Positions 51,057 to 62,559 of a DNA stretch of 64,000 bases are shown piece by piece (position 1 is the first letter of the stretch; each line of letters begins with the position of its first letter). The translations under genes and the position numbers were made by a program. Source of the DNA: Octopus sinensis (taxonomy: Eukaryota); contig NC_043001.1 in NCBI RefSeq assembly GCF_006345805.1, forward strand, positions 30,814,001 to 30,878,000, read 5' to 3'. The notes beneath the pieces were generated by a model, which saw only the letters and a list, made by a program, of their open reading frames with translations, made no database searches and was not told where the DNA came from.

Positions 51057-53726
51057 GTATTAGCAACGTTCTTTCATAAAGCTGAATGGCTTTATTTTCA
51101 ATTAATGTCTATGTACTCAAAAATGTGAATTCATTTTTTTTTTTTTTAGATTATAAAATGTTCTAAAGTCACGGCTTCTTTAATTCCTTTTATATTAGAT
51201 GGTTGCAATGATCAGAAAAATGAGAAACATTGCAGACAGCTTCTTCCCTAACCTTGAAAATGTTTTAAAAATAATAAAACAATGAACAGCAATTCCCTTA
51301 TTCATATATGTTTGTCAGCTGGTCCAAGATTGGCTTCTGTGTTTGGAAAAATAACTATTTTTGCATCAACAGGAACTTTGTTTTCAGCATGCAACTGTAA
51401 AACATCTGTCTTCTGCCTGGTCAATGCAATCAGCTATTTAATTAAAGTATTGGTTGGAAACCAAGTGAAAATTTGTTAGAACATTTTATGAAAATCTTTA
51501 CAGATTTTTTTTTTTTTTTGCTGTCCATTTAAAAAAAATTCATTGTATTCATTTAATTTCTTCCCTGCATAATGGCATATTTGTATTTTACACACTCCTT
51601 ACTTCCCGGCTTCTTTTTTCCATTCTTCTCCTAAATATTTAGTGAATGATCATTCATAGCTTTTTTTTTTTTATACTGAAATGCATTTTTCTTAAAGACT
51701 ATATACATTACCTGTAGTATGTAAAAATAAGTATTTAGGTTTAAAAAAAAACATTCAATATTTTATGTACCATATAAATTTAGTTAACTTATTTCAAACA
51801 TTTTATTTGATATGCACCATGTTTTTTCATAGAAGTGTTTGAGTAGGGTGATATTTTTATTTAGAGTATTGTATTTTTGTGATGCATGGTTGTGCTGGAA
51901 TGTTTCATAATAATGTACATTCATTATCATGTAAATGTAATCTTATATAGAATATGTTAACTGATTTCTGATTGATTTTAGTTTAATAGATTTAAAAACG
52001 TAAAAACGTATTTATCTTAGCATTGTTGAAGATTCAATAGATTTAGATTAATTTTATATTATGGGGTGGGAGATTATTAACTTTGTGGGGGCATATTGTA
52101 TATGAATAAATGTGGTATATTTATGCACTGATTCTACCTACACTTGTGACATTCAGTTGTACGATTTGTAGTTATTATTATAGAGAAAAAGCTCTTTTGG
52201 TTTTGGTATATAAAGAAATTATTTACTGGCTTTAAACAGATATAGTGTCATTTTATTAAACAAGAAATTTAAGATTTTGAATATTGATTTGGTTTGGCAG
52301 TTTTATGGCTATTCACTCCGTCCGACAGATCAACCATGTATTATGGCTGAAATAATATCTCACCTTGAAAATATAACTAAAGCTGTTATTTACTCACTTG
52401 TGAAGCAACAAAATACAAGTAGATCAGGATATGGATTTTTGATTCATGTCAAATTGACTTTCCTTTGATGCTTGTGATTTGATCTGCCATCGATGGTTGC
52501 TGCGGACTAGTTTTAAACATATTTTTATAACTATAAGAGAATAGTAATGGGAAATATAATCTCTATAAAACAAAATAACTTAGAATAACATCAATGGTTG
52601 TAACTATATAATCTGGTCTTGCTTACAAAGATATAAAACCAAGACAATAATATATATATACATATGCTATTGCATGAAACTGACTTTACTATGAGAATAT
52701 CAAATGAAATTATTTGTAAATTCTTATTTTTGCATTACAAATTGAAGAGACTCTCACAGCTTTAAAGAACTAAAAGAAACATAGCAATATGGCTACATCA
52801 ATAAGATTCTCTCTAATTTTCTGTTTCATTTCTATTGATTTTTTTTTTTACCTTTTTCACTCTCTATCGATCTATGTATTTCTGTATATCTATCAATTGA
52901 TCATCTGACTGACCAATTGGTCATTCATTCAACCAATGATATTTTCAGTTCACTTCCAGCTTCTGGTGATTAATATCCAAAATTATATACATATATATAT
53001 AACAAACTTTCACCCTTTAGTAGCTTTGGTAAATTAACTCAATTATGCTCCAGACTCACTAAATGCTTGTTACTCACAATAATTTATAGCATTTAACATT
53101 TGCAGCTCTGTGTGTGCGTTTTATTTTACTTACTTTATAGATGCTATTGATAAATTAGCATTTGTGATGTATATTTTGTGTGTGTTTATGTAATATATAT
53201 GTATATATAGATAGTGTCTGTACATGTATTATTTCTATTAGAGAACTATAGCAATGATTGTTTGTGTGAATATGTTTTGATTTCAAGATTTGGACTGATA
53301 TACAGTTAATATTGTCATACAAAGAAAACAGCTCATTTATTCTGATTTTTTATATCTAGATTTCTGTGTTATTGTTTGTTCATCCTAAACACACGCAAAC
53401 ATACATAAATGCATCCCAAAACAAAAACATGCTCACATGTGTGTGTTAAAAGTTTTGTTCAGTGTTATGCGGTTTGCAAAAATGGAACAAATATTTAACA
53501 TACAAATGAGTAAGGCACCCACTCACTCCACTTATAAATCTTATTGGCAAATGTAAATATACATACAGGTTGTTACAAATGTATAAAAAAATCTTATCTT
53601 TTATGCTTATTTTTCATTTTCATTTATTCCAACGTTTATACAAAAATAACTTTTGACAAAACAAAATGTGTGTAAAACATTTCATGTTTTTAATAATATT
53701 AACTGAATTAACATATATATATTTGC

Positions 53727-53757
<31 letters not shown>

Positions 53758-54960
53758 GTTATTTTATTTTATTATATCTTATTTTATTTTCCAGAAAAAG
53801 TATGTTTTCACTTACTGTTCATGCATAAATATTTAATTAATATTTTTAGCATTGCAGCAAAAATACCATTGTCCCATCAAGTTTCTTTACTAATATATGA
53901 TGTAGCTCCAGTTTAAAAATGCTTTTGTTTTTATTAATCTATTTTTATTATTATTTACATTTTACATTAATCTTCTTCTTTTTTTATGCTACAATATACA
54001 TGGATTATAGCTTATCAAATTAACTGACAACTGCTTTTGTTTCTTTCCTAAAATCTTTCTCTTTATATTATATGTTGCATATCATCAATATTTAGTGCTC
54101 AATGTGCTTAAAGTATATGTGCAAAAGCTGCGCTTCGGATATGGTTAGTAAAACTTGTGTGTGGGGCTTTAAAACAGATGTCTATTGCTTAGATATTTAT
54201 GTATATTTGTGTCATGAATAGATATTTTACTGATACAATATGTTGTGATCAGTATTCACACACATATGTTTATATATATATATATATGTATATATATGTA
54301 TGTGTGTATATATATATGTGTATATATATAGGATTTCTTATATATCTAAGGGAGGTAACAATCTCTAATCATAAACCTTAAGAAAATAAGTAGCTATGAT
54401 CAATATTACTGAGTAATCATAGCCATTAAAGAAATGCCGCTTCTGTTAAAATTCACAGTTTTTAATGTTTTCACATTTTCTCCTCCTTTCTTTCTCTCAC
54501 ACACACATACATACATGCATATGCATATATGAACATGCATACAAACAGATACATATGCACACCTATCCTGTACTATATAATATGATGCTTTTCTAGTTTT
54601 AGCTTTGAAACAAAACGATGCATTATAACTTTCATCGTTGATGTCAAAGGAATGAACTCCAGTTAAATTTCAAATTAAAGTTAATGTTTTCTGTTCATAG
54701 AAAGTCTGCCATATACTGTTTGGGAAAGCAAATGTGATATTTCTGGAAATACGGGACTTTTCTAGACTCTATTATCTTGGTCACATGTCTACTTTAGAGG
54801 AAAGAATTAAACTGTAATTGAAAGAATGTCTCTATGTCTGTGCGCACGTGTGTGTGTATGAGCATATGTATAAATATATGTAATGTGTGTATATATGTAT
54901 AAGTCTATGTGTGTGTGTGTGAATATATATATATATACTCACACACACAAACACACATAT

Positions 54961-55210
54961 ATATTTTAAGAAGTTAAATGTTATGATCAATCGTAGAGTA
55001 ACCATTGGTTTTGCAACTATAAAGTGCTTAGTAGTATAGGCAACTCGTCAGACACAAATGGTCAAAGGCACATTTCCTCCAGTTGTAGAGAGGTTATGCA
55101 CCTTTGGCCATTTGCATCTGGTGAGTCACCTATCCTGCTAAGTGTCTTATATGTGTGAAACCAATGGTCACTGTATGCCTTGTCATAACATTTAACTTCC
55201 TAAAAGATAT
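54961..55210. repeat. Diverged ~250-bp fold-back element with a hammerhead relic in each arm
   Basis: GAAGTTAAATGTTATGA pairs with TCATAACATTTAACTTC, plus three further paired blocks. - arm: CUGACGA...AAAA-CCAAUGG-UU. + arm: CUGGUGA...GAAA-CCAAUGG-UC. Confidence 0.75.
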
Positions 55211-55234
55211 ATTACTGCTCTAATACTTTAGAAG

Positions 55235-55638
55235 CAGTGTTTCTCAACCAGGGTTCCTTGGAACCCAAGGGTTCTGCAAAAGGTTCCTCAGGGTTTGATG
55301 GGAAAGAGTGAGATAAGCTAATGCTAATTCCATGAACGTAATATACATGCACAACATATTTTGGTTATTGTAATATTGTACTATAGACATCATCCTATCT
55401 AACCTATTATGCTATCAAAAAAATATAACAACCAATGGGGATATATCTAGTGATGTCTGTAATTTATGGACTCCCTATATATATATATGAATATATATAT
55501 ATATATGCAATATTTATCATGTGAACTATGATGACAAAATATGAGAAAGATATGGTATATAATTTTTTTGTGCAGAGGTTCCTTGAGATGTAATTTATTG
55601 CAAGGGTTATGCAAGGGTGAAAAGGTTGAGAAACACTG
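55235..55638. mobile_element. hAT-like MITE
   Basis: Perfect 15-bp TIR CAGTGTTTCTCAACC; imperfect ~8-bp target duplication (CTTTAGAAG / CTTTAGAG). Confidence 0.8.
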
Positions 55639-55685
55639 CTTTAGAGTGTGCTTCTTTTTCAGTTAAGTTATATGAACTACTGATG

Positions 55686-55719
<34 letters not shown>

Positions 55720-55759
55720 TATATATACATGTATACATATATGTACCACTGAATGAACA

Positions 55760-56600
55760 AGCAAAAGAATGTAGCATTCAACTTTTGTGTTGTGGAAGTT
55801 TTTTTGATGGTCCCAAAATCTCTTTAGATGAAGCAGGACAGGGAGGTGAAGTTTTCCCTATCCCTACTTCTGAAGGGGTGCATGTGAAGGCTCTATTTCA
55901 TCCATTAGAGTTATGCCTATGTTATATCTTGTGGTGCCATCAGATTATGTAAGGGTGTCTCTCTTGATTACAGCCTTTGAGAGGTAGGATCCTCCTAGAG
56001 GTAGTTGATAAAATTTTGTAAGTTAGTGGCTGAGATTTGGAGTTGTCACTGTGTGGGTGTCTATTTTTATCTGTTGGAGTGTGCAGTGTTTATTGTAGTA
56101 TCCAGTAGCTAATCTTGATATTATGAGGGTTGAAGATTTTATACTATGTATGAGTCTTTGGAAAATGATCTTTTTAATTAGTGTCAGAAAGCTAGCTATA
56201 TATATATTACTATGTTTTTTCTGCCTTATCTATATTATTAAATTATATTATTCCGTACCTTGAATATTGTTTGACTGAGATTCTCATTAACAGTTCGCTT
56301 TAATTCAAGTGCAAATTTAGGTGGTCAAGGGTTGTGATATCACTTTGGCACTGAGGCTAGCACAATTGTACAGTTTACTGTAAATATGGCATTGTTTCGT
56401 TTTTATTCATCCATGTTATTTAATATGTATAAGTTCATTCATATGTGTGTGGATGATGATGATATCCATTTAATGTTGACTGCTGGAAGAATTGTACCCA
56501 ATACCACTGTTGAGATTTATAATATATTTATCTTGATCAAATCAATTTCTTGCTACACTGAAGTTTCACCTGTGCACTCACAGGGTCATCAGGCAGTTTA
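55760..56600 (-). mobile_element. Decayed Penelope-like element (thumb/GIY-YIG region)
   Basis: Minus-strand fragments KIFNPHNIKISY, PLGGSYLSKAVI...DGTTRYNIGIT and HMHPFRSRDRENFTSLS, with frameshifts. Confidence 0.6.
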
Positions 56601-57257
56601 TGAATAAAATCAATATTGATATTAATATAATTTTTCATTGTTTATTTTATGCTTTTAAATATGGTGTAATTAAAGGATAATTTGATTGTCATTACTAGTA
56701 ACTTCAGTAACTCCATATAAGTTCCTTTTAAACTTATTTATGTAGATATAGATAATAAGATAATGTACACATTAAAACATACGGATATAATTATATTAAA
56801 ACATGCATATAACTATATACACACATTAAAAACAAAATCAACCAAAAGACATTAATCACCAAACTCTCTTGAAATCTCATTTGTATTTTATTTTTAAAAT
56901 TATTTAATGTTGATATTATTTTAATTTATTTTTGTATGTTTCTCTGTTAAAATTTTTGTTTTGTTGATTTTTTTCTAATAATTTGTTTTGCTTTTCAAAA
57001 CCAGTTCATAAATCTTGTTTTCATTTTAATTTTTTTTTTCCATCATATTTATCTAAAATTCAAGTTTTAGATTTTCAGAATCTTTGTTTTATATTCTTTC
57101 AGTCTATGGTCCTAAACATTTTTTTTTTTGTTTTGAAAACGCTAAATAATAGAATTATATTTTACATATATGGAAAAAGCAAATAAATTGACATATATCT
57201 GTCTGTCTGTAGAGTTTGCTTAAAAATGGTTTGCCTGTTTATCTCCCCCTCATCTAG

Positions 57258-57371
57258 GATGGATCTGTGCGTGGAGATGGTTACAAACATCAGCAAGGCA
57301 TACTTTCTTTAATTTCCCCACACACAAAGCATGAGCTGTTCCAAGGCCTCACTGTGGCTCGAGCAGCCAAG
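57258..57371 (+). CDS. P3H: P3H-like domain 2 exon, variant B (DGSVRGDGYKHQQGILSLISPHTKHELFQGLTVARAAK)
   Basis: catctag acceptor, AAG|gtttgt donor, 114 nt, phase 0-0. Matches P3H1 GDGYRGQTSPHTPNEKFYGVTVFKALK with a 6-residue insertion. Confidence 0.9.
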
Positions 57372-57424
57372 GTTTGTATGCTTAAAGAAAATGTATATAT
57401 AATACTACATAATATACATAATAC

Positions 57425-57475
<51 letters not shown>

Positions 57476-59805
57476 GTATGTATGTATACAAAGCTGTTTT
57501 AAAAATTATATAGAATTCTATTAATTTCCAAATACTGCCTGTTCATGATATACCTCCTGCACATGCCTAGTGGTGACACCTCTATTGTTTGGAGACTTTC
57601 CACTGCACTTTTCAGGTCTTCACTTGCACCACTGTATGAAGTTTATTTTCTTTCTATTGTTTTTTTTTTTCCTTCATTGGTCTTCTACATATACATACAT
57701 GATACATATGTATGTATGCATATAATTCATTTGTTGTCTGCTCATTTGTTGATGTTCATCCTTGTTTGTTGTTAATAATTGTACATGGAAATCATGTTAC
57801 TTTCTTTCATTATTTTGTTTGATTTTTGGTTTCTTTTTATTCCAAAAACATACAATTTCTGTGTCTTTCTTTCTTTAGCATGACATTCCATTGCACTAGA
57901 GATCTTAACAGACAATTAATTATCTTGAAATAATTTTCAATTTTCAAAAAAAAAAAAAAAAAATTTAAATAACAAGAGAAAAGATGAAAAAAAAAAAGGA
58001 AAATTAACGAATTTCTTCTAAGACAATTTATTTCATTGGTATATTTCCTTCTAACTTAAAACCTTCCCATATTACTTTCACTTTTGGTCTTTACTGGTGG
58101 ACTTGAGAACTATTTTAATTGATCATCTGTCAGCTTTACTCTTTCACAAGCTAAATCAGCACTGCACTTTTCATGCAGTTAATAGTATGGTCAATGTCAC
58201 TAGCAAAATACCAGCACTGCACTTCCTAAGCATGTTATTTTAGCAATTAGCACACCATTTTATCAAAAGGCTATCAGATGAACATGTGTTATATAGATGT
58301 TTTAACATTCCGCTATGAATTTCCATCCACAGTCATTAGTGCCTTTATAAAAACATCAAATTAGAGGTATTGCTATATCTGGGAAGAGTCATAAATGAAA
58401 AGGGCTATAAATACATTCACTGGTTGTTTTTCTGTACTTCACTTCTATTTCTTCTTCAAAACAGCACCCCAAAATATGTTTCCTTATTCCAGCCTGTAGC
58501 TTTATTGATAGGTATACATTTTTCTTTTAAATGTTTGGTTTTTCAGTTGTTAAATTTGCATGGCGTAGGGAAAAATAATTTTGAAGATTGAAGAAAAGCG
58601 GCTGACTTCCTTTCGACTGCTGGGCCTCACAGAGACAATTACGTAGACCTTTGGCATTATGTCATGCTTGAGAAGATCCACCAAGCTGAGCAAAATTGCA
58701 GTTGTGACAGATACAGCGTCGTGCAAATGGCACATAAAAGCACCCATCACACTCTTGGGGTGGTTGGCATTAGGAAGGGCATCCAGCCATAGAAAACCAT
58801 GCCAAATCAGACTGGAGTCTGAAGCAGCCTTCCAGCTTACCAGCTCTGGTCAAACCGTCCAACTCATGCCTGCATAGACAACGGACGTTAAATGATGATG
58901 ATGATAATGGTGATGATGTTTGAAGAAGCAAGAGGAGTGAAACATAAGTAAAGAACCAGAGGCTGAGGGGCCTTTATCAATTATGACTCTTCCCAAACAT
59001 AACAAAATTGGTTTCAGTATAGAGTTTTAGGTCAAAATTCTTTCAAACTCAAGATTTGAATCAAGCATCAGTATTTTACTATTAGATAAATTAGTGTTAT
59101 ACAGTTGTTTTAGTACCGCACTGTGAATATCCACTTACAGCCATTAGCACTTAAATAGCATTAATAATAAGAAATTAAGAGTCAGTTTGCTTACTAGTCA
59201 TCTGAGCAAAAAGATTCTTTTAAACATTGGATGTACCCCTGGTGGTCAGCTATCTTACGGGATACAGTCCCTTCCAGATTAAGTTAAATTGAGATGTTTC
59301 TGAAAGTTTGAAATTGAAGTCAAAGAATAAAAACAAATGTCCAAAATGTAGATATTTAATATTTCTTTTTCCTACACATTATGAAGATCTTAAAATTTTT
59401 GGTTGTTGGTAGCCATGTATAGCACTATTTCATCCTTCTTTGGAATCATCAGCATGGGATAATCTGTGGGAAATAATAAATTAAGCTAAATTAAGCATTT
59501 TACAAAGTTGGTTCCTACTTTGCAAGGAAATGTTGGAAAAACTTGGTTGATGGTACAGCTTTTATTTCAGGATTTATAACTAGCTTTTAAAAATACTTGG
59601 TTCGTGCAGTTGACATATTTCATTTACAAGGTTTTCATATTTCATCCAAAATAGTTCAACTTGTTTTATCCAATAAGATATAAGAGCACTTAAAAAGATA
59701 CATGAAATGAATGAATAAATGTTATTTCTAGAAATTGAACTATCAAAACTTTACTCTCTAAGTAATAAATTATTGAAACTTATATGTGTATATATACAAA
59801 TATAT

Positions 59806-60106
59806 ACGATAAACGTCGCCCTTTTCAAGCCTAGTCAGGCTCATGGGCCTGGTTTCCCGGTTTCTGTAGCGTATGTGTTCCTCCAGCTGGACGGGATGCC
59901 AGTCTATTGCAGAGCTACTCAAGAAACAGGAAGAGAAAGTGAAAGAAAGTTGTGGTGAGAGAGTACAACAGGGGTCGCCACCACCCCCTGCCAGAGCCTC
60001 GTGGAGCTTTTTAGGTGTTTTCGCTCAATAAACACACACAATGCCTGGTCTGGGAATCGAAACCGTGATCCTCCGACCGCGGGTCCGCTGCCCTGACCAC
60101 TGGGCC
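59806..60106 (-). mobile_element. tRNA-derived SINE (distinct family)
   Basis: Head TGGCCCAGTGGTCAGGGCAGCGGAC...GTTTCGATTCCC (A and B boxes); tail GGCTTGAAAAGGGCGACGTTTA. Confidence 0.7.
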
Positions 60107-61060
60107 ATACATACATGTATGTATATATTTGTATGTGTACATGCACAAAATAATGGGTAGAGTGATGGAGGCTGGGATACATAGTATACCCACATCTGGG
60201 CCTTTTGGATATTAAATTCCTGTGCCCATTTTGCCTCTTTGACACTCCCTTATTTCTCTATATACCACCTGTTACATGCTTACTACTGACCATTTCTTCA
60301 TCTACTTGTTAATAGCCTCCTTTCTCTCTTGCTAGTAAGCATATAGTTACCACTTTTGATTCTTTCCCATCATGATACACGAGTAAGGAGAGGTTGCACT
60401 GGATTTATTGATATCTCATACACCTCTCCATTTACCTTTCTGTGCTTCCCACCATCTCACAGTCTCTACTTTGACTCAGTCTTTTATGGATATTGATCAC
60501 TGTCTTCCCATTATCATCTTGACTTACTTATCCCGTACCTCCTTTCCTGGGACTCTGTAAGTATTGTTTCTAACCTATTGCAATATGTTATTTTATAGTT
60601 TAGCTTTAATTTCTTTTCTAAGATAATGATAGGAAAGAACTGGAAGTGCACTTAAATATATATTTGAATAGTTGGTAGAATAAACCAAGTCTTTTCTTTT
60701 CACAGACAAGATAAATATTTTTTATAATATATTTATATACATATACAAAATAAAAAAAAATATAAGGTTTGTTTATACTTAAAAACTTTTATTGAACAGA
60801 TTATACTCCTTTTTACTTGTAATATATAATATAGTGATTTGATAAATTTTAATTTTATAATTTTCCTTTTATCACTCCTTTTGACAGAACTTCTTTCTTT
60901 TACATAGTAATTTTCTTACATATAAACATATATATCACATACAAGGGAAACTATCACTTAGGAAAATTCCAGAATTTACATACCTTGTTGGTTTTCATGT
61001 ATAGGACTAAAAATTCTACAATTTTAAAAATGGTTGCATAAGAATAGAAATTATCTAACA

Positions 61061-62343
61061 TATGAGAGTTGGTTGAAAAGTTCGTAGGCTGACAAAGATA
61101 CCCTCATGGAATGCAACAAAATGAGGTTTATTTTTCAATATAGTTCCCCCTTGCAGTCAACATACTTCTTTCATCAGTGTTGCAATGCTTGGATCCCTTT
61201 GATGATGAAGTTTTCATCAAAAAAGTCATTAACAGTAGCTATGATATTATCATCACAGTGATACTGGTCCCTAGCCAAATATTTTTTTCATGTAGGGGAG
61301 CAGATACTAGCCAGATGGGGCCAAAGCAGGAAAATAGAGAGGCTGATGAACCAGTTCAAAGCCACAGTCAAGCACAGCAGCTATTGAAACCAATGGCTTG
61401 TGTGTTGGAGTATTATTCTGATGAAACAAGGCCCTTTTTGTCAGTTTTCCTGAGGATTTGGTCTTGATAGCCTTTCATAACTGCCTCAGTAAGTTTGCAT
61501 AGTACATTCCATCGATGGTGTGGCTCTTTTGAAGATAGTTAATAAATACAATGCCTTTTGCATCCCAAGAAACTGAAGCCATCACCTCCTCTGCAGGTGA
61601 AATGATCTTGAGCTTTTTTTGGAGCAGGTGAGGAGGAGTGTTTCCACTGCATGAATTGTCTCTGTCTCTGGATCAAAATAATGAATCCAACCTATTCTGA
61701 TTGAAGAAACATTCAAGGAATCCACTTGGATCTCTATCAAATAGTATCAGGTTTTCCCATAATGTAATCAGCCTGGCATATTTTTGATCAGGTGTCAGAA
61801 GACATGGCACTCACTGAGCAGAAACCTATGACATACCAAATTCATTGTGCAGAATATTCTCAACTCTTTCATGGAATATGCTAATAACATTGGTTATTTG
61901 ATTTATTGTGAAATGCTTGTTATCCATCACCATGTGGTGAATATGATCAATATTTTCCTCAGTGGTGGCTGTTGCACGATGTCCAGACTTTGGGTCATCT
62001 TCAAGCCACTCACTTTTCCTCCTAAATTCACCTGCCTACTTTTGCATTGTTGATAATGCTGGAGTGTCATCCCCCAATGTAGCAACCATGTCAGTATGAA
62101 TGTGCTTGGAGGCTAAACCCTTTTTCTACTGGTACTTGATAACACCACAAAGCCAAATTTTGTCCATTTTCAAGAGAAGTTATTACTAGTCACTTTTGAA
62201 GTCTTCTTTGAACAGTTATGTCAGTTTAGCTGGAAAAAACAATCCATTTATTAAGAAGATTTGAAATTAATGCATGCAAGATTTCACAGCTCTAGCAACA
62301 CTCTTTCATAGTCAGCCTTTGTACTTTTCAGTTCACCCACATA
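61061..62343 (-). mobile_element. Full-length but heavily decayed mariner transposon
   Basis: TIR-like ends GTTGGTTGAAAAGTTCGTAGGCTGAC and GTCAGCCTTTGTACTTTTCAG. N-terminus MDKIWLCGVIKYQ*KKG...IHTDMVATLGDDTP; length about 1.28 kb. Confidence 0.8.
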
Positions 62344-62559
62344 TATCATTGTGAGTATGTGTATATATATTAAAAACACATACACACACTTTCATGTATA
62401 TATATATAAATGTATGTGTGTTTTTTCAATGTTTACAAATAACATGGAAAAAAAAAATAGTTACCAGGGTAGCAAAAATTCACACAAGCACTTAGGATGT
62501 AACAGCCTACTTATAAAGGTAGAAACTCCAGGTTTAGGTGAAATGATTTTGTATAATAT

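Noticed and set aside
51199-51285. AG-preceded frame MVAMIRKMRNIADSFFPNLENVLKIIKQ* after exon A, faintly like P3H KVRRIMESYF
   Set aside because: Weak similarity, early stop and no donor. It could be an alternative terminal exon but is unsupported without transcripts.
52301-52468. Possible third exon variant (FYGYSLRPTDQP...) after a ggcag acceptor
   Set aside because: No GDGY or SPH motif, no convincing donor, and it runs into a stop.
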